From the IMG/VR virus record IMGVR_UViG_3300042880_000509: a stretch of 64,000 bases of DNA; one strand, 5' to 3'. The DNA comes from a virus (lineage: Duplodnaviria > Heunggongvirae > Uroviricota > Caudoviricetes). Both the position numbers and the translations under genes were made by a program. This document shows, piece after piece, positions 1 through 9,034 of this stretch. Below the pieces are notes generated by a model. That model had not been told where the DNA came from. It did not search any database and saw only the letters and a program-made list of their open reading frames with translations. Numbering within the stretch: position 1 is the stretch's first letter; every line of letters begins with the position of its first letter.

Positions 1-2175
1 TTTTTTATCTTCAACAACATCAACCATAAAGTCATAAAAGTTTTCTGGAAATTCAACACCTCTAGTAAAATAATCAATCATTTTTTTAACCCTTTTTTCC
101 AATGTTTTGTTTTTATTGGTCTCTTCAGTTTCTTCTAATATTGTAGATCCTATTATTCCTTTAAAACTATAATTTATCGTAAAATCTTCAACATCAAGTT
201 TAATTTTTTCACATAATTCTTCTGAAAAATCTCTTAATACATCTCTAATTTCAAATTGTATTTCCCACCAGCTTTCTAGTTCTCTAACATAGTTACCAAA
301 TAAATTATATGGAGTATCATCATCAGTCATAATTAATTCAACAGTTCCTTCTTTAATAGAATAAACAAATTCATGAACATACCCATAATTTTTTACCGAC
401 AGTAGTTCAAATTTAAAATTATATCCCCCAGTTCCTCTTTGAATGTCGTTAGTGGAAAAAGTTTTTTTAGTAAGATATTTTGTTAATAACATTTCCGGAG
501 TTTCATTAAGAATCTTACCTAATCTTTCAATACCATTAACTCTTTGTATTGCCCTTATTAAACCCTCGTTATCAATAATTTTTAACATAGTTGATTTTAA
601 AGATGAACTTTTTTCTTCAGATTCATTTAATGGTTCACCACCAAACATTTTAGATTCTTTTTCCCTTCTTTTTTTTACACCAGGAAATCTGCGGAATGAC
701 CTTGAACTTTCTTTTTTGATTTGTTCTTTTGCTTTGTCCAATTCATTTTGTTTTACATATTTAATAAATTGACTCTTTTTGAAATTACCAATACCCATGT
801 TATACATCATTGAAATCATTGCATTATACATGTCTTGATCTATATCTGGTGTAATCCCGTCTTTTTCCCAATCATCAAGGATTTTATTTAATTGTTCCTT
901 TGTTTTATCAAGATCGTCTCTTAAAACTTCCTCTGCTTGTTTTTTTGTTATCTTTGTTTTACCAACAATAACTTTATTATACTTTGGAATGAATGGATAG
1001 TCTCCTCCGGTATTACCCATACTCTTGTCCCTAAAAATTGCATGACCATATCCTATTGTTTTGGCACCATCACCGATATCATATGCTGTTAAAACAGGTT
1101 CACCTCTATTTTCTATTGATCCCTCTTCATTTTTTATGTGCTGGACCAGTTTTTCATCGTAATCTCTGATTCTTTTTTTTGTTTGTATTTCAGGTTTCTT
1201 TTCGGTCTCTCCTTTTTTTTCACTACCTCCACCACCAGGAGCTTTTATTTGTTCCAAGTTTGGTTCTTCTTTTGTTAGATCATCATAGATATTATTCATT
1301 TGTGTTATTGAAAGTATCCCAACAAATGAATAAATAACATATTTTAAAATCTTATGTTTAATATTGTCACTAACATTTTTTATCTTATCAAATAATGTTT
1401 TGATATATGATATTGCTTGGTCTTTTGTTTTAACCCAATCAAGAGATTTATCAACATTCTTTTTAACTTCAAATTCCCATTCAGCGTCCGGTTTTTTTTC
1501 TTCATTAAGTATTCTACATAACTCAACAACTCTATCAAGATATCTTAAACTTTCTTCGTTCATATCTCTTGTATATTTTCTAAACCTACCAGGATTTGCT
1601 TTGATTGCCGACTTTGGGAATCTTGTTCCAACTCCTTGTCTTCTTGCCATTTTTAATGTTCTACCATATTCATCAAGATCCTTTTTCTTTCTACCTTGAC
1701 AATGTGCTTTTTGAGAAAATCCTTTTGGGTTATTACAATCAATTGATCTTTTATATTTTTCGGACCACTTCTCTGTTAATTCTTCATCTTTATGTTCTGG
1801 AAATATAAATTCAGAAAATGAACTTTTAGTTTCGGGTGTGACGTTTTTTGCAAGTTCTTTCCATTCATCACAATCTACACCACCACCCATCCATTCCCAA
1901 ACTTTAATATTGTTAGGTAAAACAGATTCAATCTTTTTTTTAATCCTTGAAAATTCACTATGTGGTGTGTGAAGTGCGGTAAAGATTGGAAAGATCTTAA
2001 CTTCATTAAAGGTTGGGAAGGCAACAATATAAAAACTACAAACTGACTTATTCGGTCTTACATGTTTTAAAATTAATTTTATTTTCCTTACATCTCGTAA
2101 AGATTTTTCATGTTGTTCTTGAGTGTATTCCTTATCCTCACCTTCTTTTAATATTTTATTCAAATAATCAAACAT
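1..2175 (-). CDS. Large (>725 aa, C-terminus beyond window) protein with internal GH24 T4-lysozyme-like domain; likely virion-associated cell-wall degrading protein
   Basis: Minus-strand ATG at 2175, open to the window edge. Translation contains EEGSIENRGEPVLTAYDIGDGAKTIGYGHAIF, matching the T4 lysozyme E..D..T-IG-GH catalytic motif, and MISMMYNMGIGNFKKSQF (GH24 helix). N-terminus MFDYLNKILKEGEDKE resembles the shared leader. A Gly-rich linker GGGGSEKKGETEKK follows. Confidence 0.7.
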   Translation of the reverse strand, partial: MFDYLNKILKEGEDKEYTQEQHEKSLRDVRKIKLILKHVRPNKSVCSFYIVAFPTFNEVKIFPIFTALHTPHSEFSRIKKKIESVLPNNIKVWEWMGGGVDCDEWKELAKNVTPETKSSFSEFIFPEHKDEELTEKWSEKYKRSIDCNNPKGFSQKAHCQGRKKKDLDEYGRTLKMARRQGVGTRFPKSAIKANPGRFRKYTRDMNEESLRYLDRVVELCRILNEEKKPDAEWEFEVKKNVDKSLDWVKTKDQAISYIKTLFDKIKNVSDNIKHKILKYVIYSFVGILSITQMNNIYDDLTKEEPNLEQIKAPGGGGSEKKGETEKKPEIQTKKRIRDYDEKLVQHIKNEEGSIENRGEPVLTAYDIGDGAKTIGYGHAIFRDKSMGNTGGDYPFIPKYNKVIVGKTKITKKQAEEVLRDDLDKTKEQLNKILDDWEKDGITPDIDQDMYNAMISMMYNMGIGNFKKSQFIKYVKQNELDKAKEQIKKESSRSFRRFPGVKKRREKESKMFGGEPLNESEEKSSSLKSTMLKIIDNEGLIRAIQRVNGIERLGKILNETPEMLLTKYLTKKTFSTNDIQRGTGGYNFKFELLSVKNYGYVHEFVYSIKEGTVELIMTDDDTPYNLFGNYVRELESWWEIQFEIRDVLRDFSEELCEKIKLDVEDFTINYSFKGIIGSTILEETEETNKNKTLEKRVKKMIDYFTRGVEFPENFYDFMVDVVEDKK

Positions 2176-3742
2176 TATTTTCAACCTTGTTTCTTAATAT
2201 TTTAATAAATTCGTTTTGGATTTCTTTAACCAAATCAACAAAAGATTTTTTAGGTGTGTCACTTGTTTGGGTTCCAAGTTTTCCTAACTTACTCATTGCA
2301 ACTTCTATTTGTTTGTCAGAAAGATTACCCCACTTTAATAATTTTCCTTTAATATCATTTAAAAAAGTATCATCACCTACATATGTTGCAATTGGTAATA
2401 GTTCTTCTGGAACATCATCTAATTTTGGTTCTTTTTTATTTCTATATAGATAATTAATTCCTGATATATTTGTTATACATTTGTGTCCACCACTATTTGC
2501 TTTTATAACATCTAAACCACTTACAGTTATTTTATCAAGTAATACTCTTTGTTTTTCAGATAGACTTCTGTATAGCTTTTCAGATACATTATCAAGTATT
2601 TCAAGTAATTTACTTCCACCATCAACTTTGAATGATGGTCTGTCGCTATATATTGCCATTAAGTCTTTTAATGTAAAACCAACTGAACTATATTCTGTTT
2701 CTAATTCTGCAATTCTTTTAAGATCACCGAATGTTATTTTTAAATTACTTAATTCGTTTGAAAATTTATCTAAAACCTCATCTTTGATTTCACCTAGATC
2801 AACACCTTTTAATGCTCTTTCTTTTTTAAATGGATTACAAGATGCTTGGACCATACCCATTGGCATACCAGTAACTAAAAAGTCTGCGTCCGGATTGTTT
2901 TTAAATGGTGTATAACGATCATAAGCTCCAGCTTTTGATGTACCACCAAAACCATATTGTGTAATTATATTTCCAAAAGTTTCAACACCTTTTTCTTTTC
3001 TACTTTGAATATAGTTTTCTTTATTTTTTGTCATCTGTTCAGGATTTGCGTATCCTTTTTCAGTCGCCTCTTTTCTAATGTTATTTAGAATACTAAGTAG
3101 TGATGGTTGTGAATTTAATACTAAACTATCTAAAAACCCTGGTTTATTTTTATATGCTAAAAGTAACTTGTTAACAACAAGACCCATCATCATTTTATTT
3201 CTTTTTAAACTCTCATCTTTGTTGTAATTAAACAAGTAATTCATAACCATTTCTGGTGTTATATCGTGTTTAACAAAGTCAGCAGAGTCAACCGTTGAGA
3301 TTAATAGAATATCTTCAGATGGAAATATCTCTTTTGGTGATATAGATTGAGATATTGTTTCTACATTTGACCTTGACTGTTTAAAGTTTGTTGATGTATT
3401 TTTTTCAACACCGGCTTGCGTATCGTGGTGATCTGTATGTATGACAAACATTGGTTTACCGTGAGCAAAATCAACAAGAACTGGCATCACATCACCTGAA
3501 GCGTCTGGTTTTTTAATTGCAAATTCTTTATTACCATATTGTATTAATTCAGCATCAACAACTTTAATTCCGTTTTGTTCCAAATAATTTTTCATAGCAA
3601 TTGCTGTTGTCACACCATCTAAATCCATGTGATAATAGATCTTTGCTTTCTTATATCTTCTAGCAAGATCTTTTATTCCTCTGATTCCACTCTCAAGAAG
3701 TAATGTTTCTTCTTTAAGTATTTTTCTAATAAGTTCTTTCAT
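2168..3742 (-). CDS. DHH-family phosphoesterase (524 aa) with shared N-terminal leader
   Basis: Motifs HMDLDGVTTAIA (DHH motif I), VLVDFAHG (II), HTDHHD (III) and a C-terminal SGGH (IV). N-terminus MKELIRKILKEET is the leader. Confidence 0.65.
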   Translation of the reverse strand: MKELIRKILKEETLLLESGIRGIKDLARRYKKAKIYYHMDLDGVTTAIAMKNYLEQNGIKVVDAELIQYGNKEFAIKKPDASGDVMPVLVDFAHGKPMFVIHTDHHDTQAGVEKNTSTNFKQSRSNVETISQSISPKEIFPSEDILLISTVDSADFVKHDITPEMVMNYLFNYNKDESLKRNKMMMGLVVNKLLLAYKNKPGFLDSLVLNSQPSLLSILNNIRKEATEKGYANPEQMTKNKENYIQSRKEKGVETFGNIITQYGFGGTSKAGAYDRYTPFKNNPDADFLVTGMPMGMVQASCNPFKKERALKGVDLGEIKDEVLDKFSNELSNLKITFGDLKRIAELETEYSSVGFTLKDLMAIYSDRPSFKVDGGSKLLEILDNVSEKLYRSLSEKQRVLLDKITVSGLDVIKANSGGHKCITNISGINYLYRNKKEPKLDDVPEELLPIATYVGDDTFLNDIKGKLLKWGNLSDKQIEVAMSKLGKLGTQTSDTPKKSFVDLVKEIQNEFIKILRNKVENNV

Positions 3743-3793
3743 ATAAATAATAAATATAAATTAATATCAAATTGTCTATGATATTGATATTTT

Positions 3794-4117
3794 TTGTATA
3801 TTTGTATTATGATAAAGTTAATATTAAAAAACCTATATAGTTTTGTTTTAGAATCTGAAAATGAAAAACAAGAAAAATTAATCGGTAAATGTGTTAATGG
3901 ACATTTCTATAAATTAAATTATGGTTTTTGTAAGTATTGTAACTCAAAAACTAAAACTAAAGAAGTTTTCATACAACCGGTTGTTGAATCTAAAGTAAAA
4001 TCTAAAAAAGATGAACTTATGGAGTCTCTTAACTATTTGAAAAGTAAATCAAAAAGAACTAAACAAGACAATGAGTCTATATACACTCTTGAGATGGTAT
4101 TGAAAAATATGAAATGA
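3794..4117 (+). CDS. Hypothetical small protein with CxxGH...CxxC zinc-ribbon-like motif
   Basis: Plus-strand ORF fills an otherwise empty gap between two minus-strand genes. Contains CVNGH...CKYC. True start may be the internal Met at 3809. Confidence 0.35.
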   Translation: MYICIMIKLILKNLYSFVLESENEKQEKLIGKCVNGHFYKLNYGFCKYCNSKTKTKEVFIQPVVESKVKSKKDELMESLNYLKSKSKRTKQDNESIYTLEMVLKNMK

Positions 4118-4510
4118 TTACCAGTTTCTTTCTGTGTTGGTATTAATTTCTTCCTGGACTCTTACTAATGTTTTAATTTTATACTTTTTGAACATTCTTT
4201 CACCGATTGCGTATCCTATGTTATATAAACCAATTGCGTTTGTCCCACTATAATAATACACATTAATCCACACGATAAACCTTGGGTATTTATTACCGTA
4301 AATATCAAATCTTGATTCTTCTTTATTAATATCATTAATTTCAATTTTATCAATTAAGTTTGCAGCTTCACAATCATCAAATCCCAACCAACCAGGAAAA
4401 GTATCAGCATCCGGATCTTCCTCACAAATACTTTTAATTTCATCAAAGGTTGATAGAACTAATCTTTTAATTGTGTTTGAGAATTGACTTTCAGTTATTA
4501 GAAATTTCAT
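4118..4510 (-). CDS. Hypothetical protein with shared leader (MKFLITESQ...)
   Basis: 130 aa ORF. The N-terminal 20 aa match the leader seen on at least 10 other proteins. Confidence 0.6.
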   Translation of the reverse strand: MKFLITESQFSNTIKRLVLSTFDEIKSICEEDPDADTFPGWLGFDDCEAANLIDKIEINDINKEESRFDIYGNKYPRFIVWINVYYYSGTNAIGLYNIGYAIGERMFKKYKIKTLVRVQEEINTNTERNW

Positions 4511-4555
4511 ACTAATAAGTATTTCTATTGTTGAATAAATTTTTTATACTTTAGT

Positions 4556-4894
4556 ATGTCTTGTTTTAGTTTATACAATTTAACGATTCCAAATGTGAAA
4601 GTTGATCTTAAAGAAGAAAAGGTTAATAGAATTATTACTAATTTTTTAAGAAAAACTAGTAAAGGAAATATAATCGGTATTCGTTCAATAAAATATAAAC
4701 GAACTGTTCTTTATTCTGAAAATGAACCATTTAAAAATGAATTGATTCTTGAGTGTCATTGTAGAGATGGTTTAGGATTTCCAGGTATGAACACTTTACC
4801 CGAAAATATGCACGCAGTACTTAAACCTATCTTGAAAGATTTTTCTGATATAAAACTAGAGTATCATTACTCAATGTACTATTCTCGTGATTAA
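4556..4894 (+). CDS. Hypothetical protein
   Basis: 112 aa plus-strand ORF in a gap between minus-strand genes. Followed by a perfect 16-nt palindrome. Confidence 0.4.
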   Translation: MSCFSLYNLTIPNVKVDLKEEKVNRIITNFLRKTSKGNIIGIRSIKYKRTVLYSENEPFKNELILECHCRDGLGFPGMNTLPENMHAVLKPILKDFSDIKLEYHYSMYYSRD

Positions 4895-4934
4895 CAGATC
4901 CATATGCTTCACAACCAGCTTTTGATGATTTACA

Positions 4935-4950
4935 ACTTGTGATCACAAGT
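4935..4950. terminator. Perfect 16-nt palindrome ACTTGTGATCACAAGT between convergent genes; possible bidirectional terminator
   Basis: Exact inverted repeat read directly. T-rich sequence follows on the plus strand. Confidence 0.3.
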
Positions 4951-4975
4951 AATGTAATTATTAATATTATTTTTT

Positions 4976-5257
4976 TCATATAAATGATTTAGAGTGTATT
5001 TTATATATTAAATATCCTTCAATGTCACGTATCATCTGATCCACTATTGGATATGATTTATTATGACTCACAACCGATCTTGATGATAAGTACTTCATTC
5101 CGTTAGATAGGGTTTTGATTGATACAATGACACCATTTGAGAAATGTATCCTCTTAGGTGTTCTTTTTGTTATTTCAACTTTTTCTCCTCCGGATAAATA
5201 ATAGTCACCAACTTTACCGTTGTAAATAAACAAATTAGATTCTAAATTTAAATTCAT
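4976..5257 (-). CDS. Hypothetical protein
   Basis: 93 aa ORF with non-repetitive composition. Confidence 0.45.
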   Translation of the reverse strand: MNLNLESNLFIYNGKVGDYYLSGGEKVEITKRTPKRIHFSNGVIVSIKTLSNGMKYLSSRSVVSHNKSYPIVDQMIRDIEGYLIYKIHSKSFI

Positions 5258-5436
5258 TGTTCTGTAGTTATAAAGTCCACTAATCCTGGCATATCTTGTT
5301 TAACAAAGTAAAAACAAAATATAAAACCCATTGAAATATAGGTTAAAGGATTTATTCTATTTATGAAAACTCCTTTGTCTTTGAAGTTTTTTAAAATTTT
5401 GGTTTTGAATAAGAATGATTTAATCTGTTTTTTCAT
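5254..5436 (-). CDS. Hypothetical small protein, possible membrane segment
   Basis: 60 aa ORF whose start overlaps the stop of the downstream gene (ATGA). Has a hydrophobic stretch MGFIFCFYFV. Confidence 0.35.
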   Translation of the reverse strand: MKKQIKSFLFKTKILKNFKDKGVFINRINPLTYISMGFIFCFYFVKQDMPGLVDFITTEQ

Positions 5437-5474
5437 ATTTTTTATTTATACAAAGATAATAAAAAATATGAATC

Positions 5475-6395
5475 CTACATCCTGTCTGAATACATTTCGT
5501 AAAACTTTTCTGGCATTTTTAAATGGTCAAGATTTATAGGTTCTGATTGTCCTTTATTTTCCAATCTTTTTATAAATTCACGGATTCTAGGATAACCGCT
5601 CCAGTTTTGCCATTTTGAAATTATTTTTACATTACTAGGTATTGATTCATACGTTTGTTTTGTTGTTGGGTCAATAAGTCCAACAAAGTCAAAATCATCT
5701 TTAATATGTTTCCAAGCTTGTGTTCCTCCAGCAGAAAAACCACTTACAGATTTTATCTTATAATCATTTATTCCATTTTTAGTTAAAACATTTTTTAAAG
5801 TATCCAATGAATTTTCAAAATTACTATAAACTACATTTCTATCCGAAAAATATTTATCACCACCATTATTTTTCATCCATTTTGCACCATAAGTAGAGCT
5901 AGGATAACCGCCCCAAATAACAGTAATATCATCCGAATCGGGATCGTTCATTTCTATAATATATGTTCCACCATTTATTGTTTTACTTTCTTTTTTTGTT
6001 TCTTGTTTTTTTGGTTCTGATTTTTTATTTTTTTCTTCAGTATCTTTTTCTTCTGTTTTTTTTGAGAGTATTGATTTTAATTTTTCAATATCTTCAGTAT
6101 TCATTGTTCCGGTAACTTCTAGTCCTTCTTCTTCTTGGAATTTTTTTACATTTTTTTCTGTTTCATTTCCGTATTTACCATCAATACCAAATTTACCAAA
6201 ACTATAACCTAATTTATCAAGACCGGCTTGAATTGCAGCAACACCTTTAGTAAATGAGTAATTATTCATTCCTTTTCTATGGATTTCTCCACCGTCAATA
6301 ATTTCATCTAAATCATTTATGTAATCTTCAAATGATTTATTTTCAAGTAATCTTATCAATCTAGAAGTTTGACTTTCAGTTAGTATTATTTTCAT
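5475..6395 (-). CDS. Peptidoglycan-binding domain plus serine hydrolase (alpha/beta, G-F-S-A-G nucleophile elbow) with shared leader
   Basis: PG_binding_1-like GLDKLGYSFGKFGIDGKYGNETEKNVKKFQEEEGLEVTG. Lys/Glu-rich linker. C-terminal domain with GFSAGG (GxSxG). N-terminus MKIILTESQTSRLIRLLE. Confidence 0.65.
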   Translation of the reverse strand: MKIILTESQTSRLIRLLENKSFEDYINDLDEIIDGGEIHRKGMNNYSFTKGVAAIQAGLDKLGYSFGKFGIDGKYGNETEKNVKKFQEEEGLEVTGTMNTEDIEKLKSILSKKTEEKDTEEKNKKSEPKKQETKKESKTINGGTYIIEMNDPDSDDITVIWGGYPSSTYGAKWMKNNGGDKYFSDRNVVYSNFENSLDTLKNVLTKNGINDYKIKSVSGFSAGGTQAWKHIKDDFDFVGLIDPTTKQTYESIPSNVKIISKWQNWSGYPRIREFIKRLENKGQSEPINLDHLKMPEKFYEMYSDRM

Positions 6396-6397
6396 AG

Positions 6398-7936
6398 TTA
6401 TGGTTGCATTATTGTTGAAACATATTCATATGTTTCTTTTGGTAATTTATCTTTAAGGTCTTTAAATGATGTCTTGTTTTTTAATGCGTCAAAATAAACT
6501 TGTTTACCTGACTTTGGTGGGTATTGATACCATGCTCCACTATTATATGCGGCAATAGCAAGATCTAATCTTCCTGGGAATCTTCTAACATTTTCTGACA
6601 TTAGTTTTACATAAGCAGGTAAAGCGTCTTCAACCTTACAAGGATCACCTTTACCATATGAAGGCCAAGTTGTTGGCATAAATTGTGCGATACCTCTTGC
6701 TCCGGCTGTAGATGTATTTTTACAACTTATAACAGATGGTGAAAAAGCAGATTCGGCATATAATTGTCTCATGGCATATTTTATTGGGATTCCACCACTT
6801 TCAACCTCTGATTTAAATTTATTAAAATTAACGCCTTGTATATTTTTAAATTGTTCTTCTAAGTTTGATGGTATACTTCTTATTTTCACACCTGGATTTG
6901 TTATAACAAAAGATGTATTTTCTTCTGAACCACCTGACCCTTTTTTAACATCTTCAATTTGTCTACCAGAATATGTTTTAAATATCTTTTGGGTTAATTT
7001 ATCTTGGGTTTTTAAATCAAAAATTCCACTTTCGTTTAATCCATTATTTTTTTGGAATTTAGTAATTGCAACTTTAGTATTTCCATCAAGAATCCCATTA
7101 ATTTCTATTGAGTTATCTTTTGTTACGATAAACAATATTACTTGCATCATTCTTATTTTTTTGTCAGAACTATTTTGGTCAACAACTTCATTAGTTTTTA
7201 AAAATTCAAAGTATCTTTCAAAAAACTTTTTAAACTTTTCTTTTTTATCGTCATTAGTATTACCAGTTGTTTGGGTTTGGTTTGTCTTTTTTGTTTCTTT
7301 GATATAAGTCTCAACATGATCTTTAATTGTTTTGTGGTTTGATGGTCCTATGTGTATTCCATCTCCTGCCGCCCAATTACCATCACCACTTACCGTTGGT
7401 ATTATAATAGCATTTTTAATTTGTGAAGAAAGATCTTTTTGTAATTGGATCATTCTTTCTCTTCCTTTATACATACAATTTTGATCACAAAGGACTCTAC
7501 CATCTGGATATTTAGTTGGTTTTAAATTCTTATCTGTCATAACAGAACCCGCTTCATATCCTAAAAAAACATAAGCCTGACCACCTTGTTCATTAACAAC
7601 ATCTACCATTTTTTGGATGTTTGTTACGGCATTTGATAAATTGGTTCCTACCCAAAAAGCATCATTTGTTCCGCCGTATATGAATACTTTATCGTATTTT
7701 TTTTCTTTTAGTTTTGGTAACATATTACTCAACATCCAGTCTGTTTTTTTTCCTCCTTCAACAACATGAGTAACATTCCAGTCTGGGTGTGCTTTTGATA
7801 ACAAATAATTCCAGGTTTTTCCTCCGGTACTTAAACTGTCGCCAACAAACATGACATTTTCTTTAACTCTATCGTCATTTTCAGTTATTAAATTAACAAG
7901 AAATTTGAATTGGTTTTCAGAGACAAGTATTTTCAT
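6398..7936 (-). CDS. Three-domain cell-wall enzyme: SGNH/GDSL hydrolase, peptidoglycan-binding domain and SLT lytic transglycosylase, with shared leader
   Basis: FVGDSLS (GDS motif) and GGTND (SGNH block III). PG_binding_1-like VAITKFQKNNGLNESG. C-terminal ES...GARGIAQFMPTTW...AAYNSG (SLT family 1). N-terminus MKILVSENQFKFLVNLITE. Confidence 0.75.
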   Translation of the reverse strand: MKILVSENQFKFLVNLITENDDRVKENVMFVGDSLSTGGKTWNYLLSKAHPDWNVTHVVEGGKKTDWMLSNMLPKLKEKKYDKVFIYGGTNDAFWVGTNLSNAVTNIQKMVDVVNEQGGQAYVFLGYEAGSVMTDKNLKPTKYPDGRVLCDQNCMYKGRERMIQLQKDLSSQIKNAIIIPTVSGDGNWAAGDGIHIGPSNHKTIKDHVETYIKETKKTNQTQTTGNTNDDKKEKFKKFFERYFEFLKTNEVVDQNSSDKKIRMMQVILFIVTKDNSIEINGILDGNTKVAITKFQKNNGLNESGIFDLKTQDKLTQKIFKTYSGRQIEDVKKGSGGSEENTSFVITNPGVKIRSIPSNLEEQFKNIQGVNFNKFKSEVESGGIPIKYAMRQLYAESAFSPSVISCKNTSTAGARGIAQFMPTTWPSYGKGDPCKVEDALPAYVKLMSENVRRFPGRLDLAIAAYNSGAWYQYPPKSGKQVYFDALKNKTSFKDLKDKLPKETYEYVSTIMQP

Positions 7937-7985
7937 TATATTGTGTTATTAACAATAAATACTATAAAAAATATAATGTTAAAGT

Positions 7986-8183
7986 TTAGTGATTCAATTT
8001 TACTTTCCAGAAGTTGAAAAGTTCTTTATTGTTATAGTTATTTTTTTTACTGTCCCAACCACACATGTGGCAAAGGTATGGATGTTGATCTTCTTTTTCT
8101 TTACTCCAAGAATGACCACATTTACATTTGATCTTCTCACCAAAAAGTTTTTCAGCTTGTTTTTCTGTGATTAGAATTTTCAT
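7986..8183 (-). CDS. Small Cys/His-rich protein with shared leader
   Basis: MKILITEKQAEKL leader. CKCGH...CHMCGW suggests a zinc-binding fold. Confidence 0.5.
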   Translation of the reverse strand: MKILITEKQAEKLFGEKIKCKCGHSWSKEKEDQHPYLCHMCGWDSKKNNYNNKELFNFWKVKLNH

Positions 8184-9034
8184 AGGTTGTTAAAATTTCC
8201 TTTTTTGATTTTTTTATCGTCCAAAATAAAACATTTGTTTTCAACATCAATTTTATAACTTTTGTTTGGAAATGAAATATAATCACCGGTTGTAATATCA
8301 ACCAACATAATGTTTTCAACCTTCATACCAAGATAATTCTTTGGTAGTGGTGTGTTTAATATTAATTTTCCATCTTCTTCTGACATACCAGTTAATTCCT
8401 TTACTTGGAAACTCTTTCCGTTAATCTCCAAATCAATTCCGTGATCTCTATCTTGTTTAGATCCTGGAGGAAAATATTTGATATCGTATTTAGAGTTTTT
8501 TAATTTGTCAATAACATATTTTTCAGTGATACTTCCTTTATTGTAGGTATTCATATTAGCCCTAATAAGTTCTTTTAAAATAGGACCTTCATTTAATAAC
8601 CTTTCTTTATTATCAACTAACCATTTATAAAAATCTTTTGGTGTTTCACCTTTCTTTTCTTTTTTGAATATGTTTAGCAATCTATCTTTAACAAATTTGT
8701 GACCACCAAAATAATTTAAAATTGACCAACTTGTTAGTTCGTTAAGTGGATGTATGTCAATAATACCGCGTTTACTTTTATCTTCGTTCCAATCCAAATT
8801 ATCTTTATAAATTTCAAACAATAATTTATTTAAAAATTTAGCAAACCTACTATTATTTTGGATAAATTCAATATTTAAATTTCCTGGGTTGTTATCTTCT
8901 GAATCCACAATATTAATATAACCTTCTAATGATTTATCATTATTATTTTGATTAAAGTCAATTTCCATTTGATTTTCTGTTAGTCCCATCAAACTCAAAT
9001 TTCTTTTTATTTCGTTAATTATTGTTTTTTCCAT
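8180..9034 (-). CDS. Hypothetical protein (284 aa)
   Basis: Long ORF in coding-like sequence. Start overlaps the upstream gene stop (ATGA), suggesting translational coupling with the paralog array. Confidence 0.55.
   Translation of the reverse strand: MEKTIINEIKRNLSLMGLTENQMEIDFNQNNNDKSLEGYINIVDSEDNNPGNLNIEFIQNNSRFAKFLNKLLFEIYKDNLDWNEDKSKRGIIDIHPLNELTSWSILNYFGGHKFVKDRLLNIFKKEKKGETPKDFYKWLVDNKERLLNEGPILKELIRANMNTYNKGSITEKYVIDKLKNSKYDIKYFPPGSKQDRDHGIDLEINGKSFQVKELTGMSEEDGKLILNTPLPKNYLGMKVENIMLVDITTGDYISFPNKSYKIDVENKCFILDDKKIKKGNFNNL

Noticed and set aside
443-2453. Plus-strand track ORFs 443..772, 1364..1699, 1605..1808 and 2013..2453 inside the first 2.2 kb
   Set aside because: They lie antisense to the long minus-strand GH24-containing gene (ATG at 2175, open to the window start). 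The proteins are F/L/S/N-rich low-complexity sequence typical of shadow frames in AT-rich DNA.
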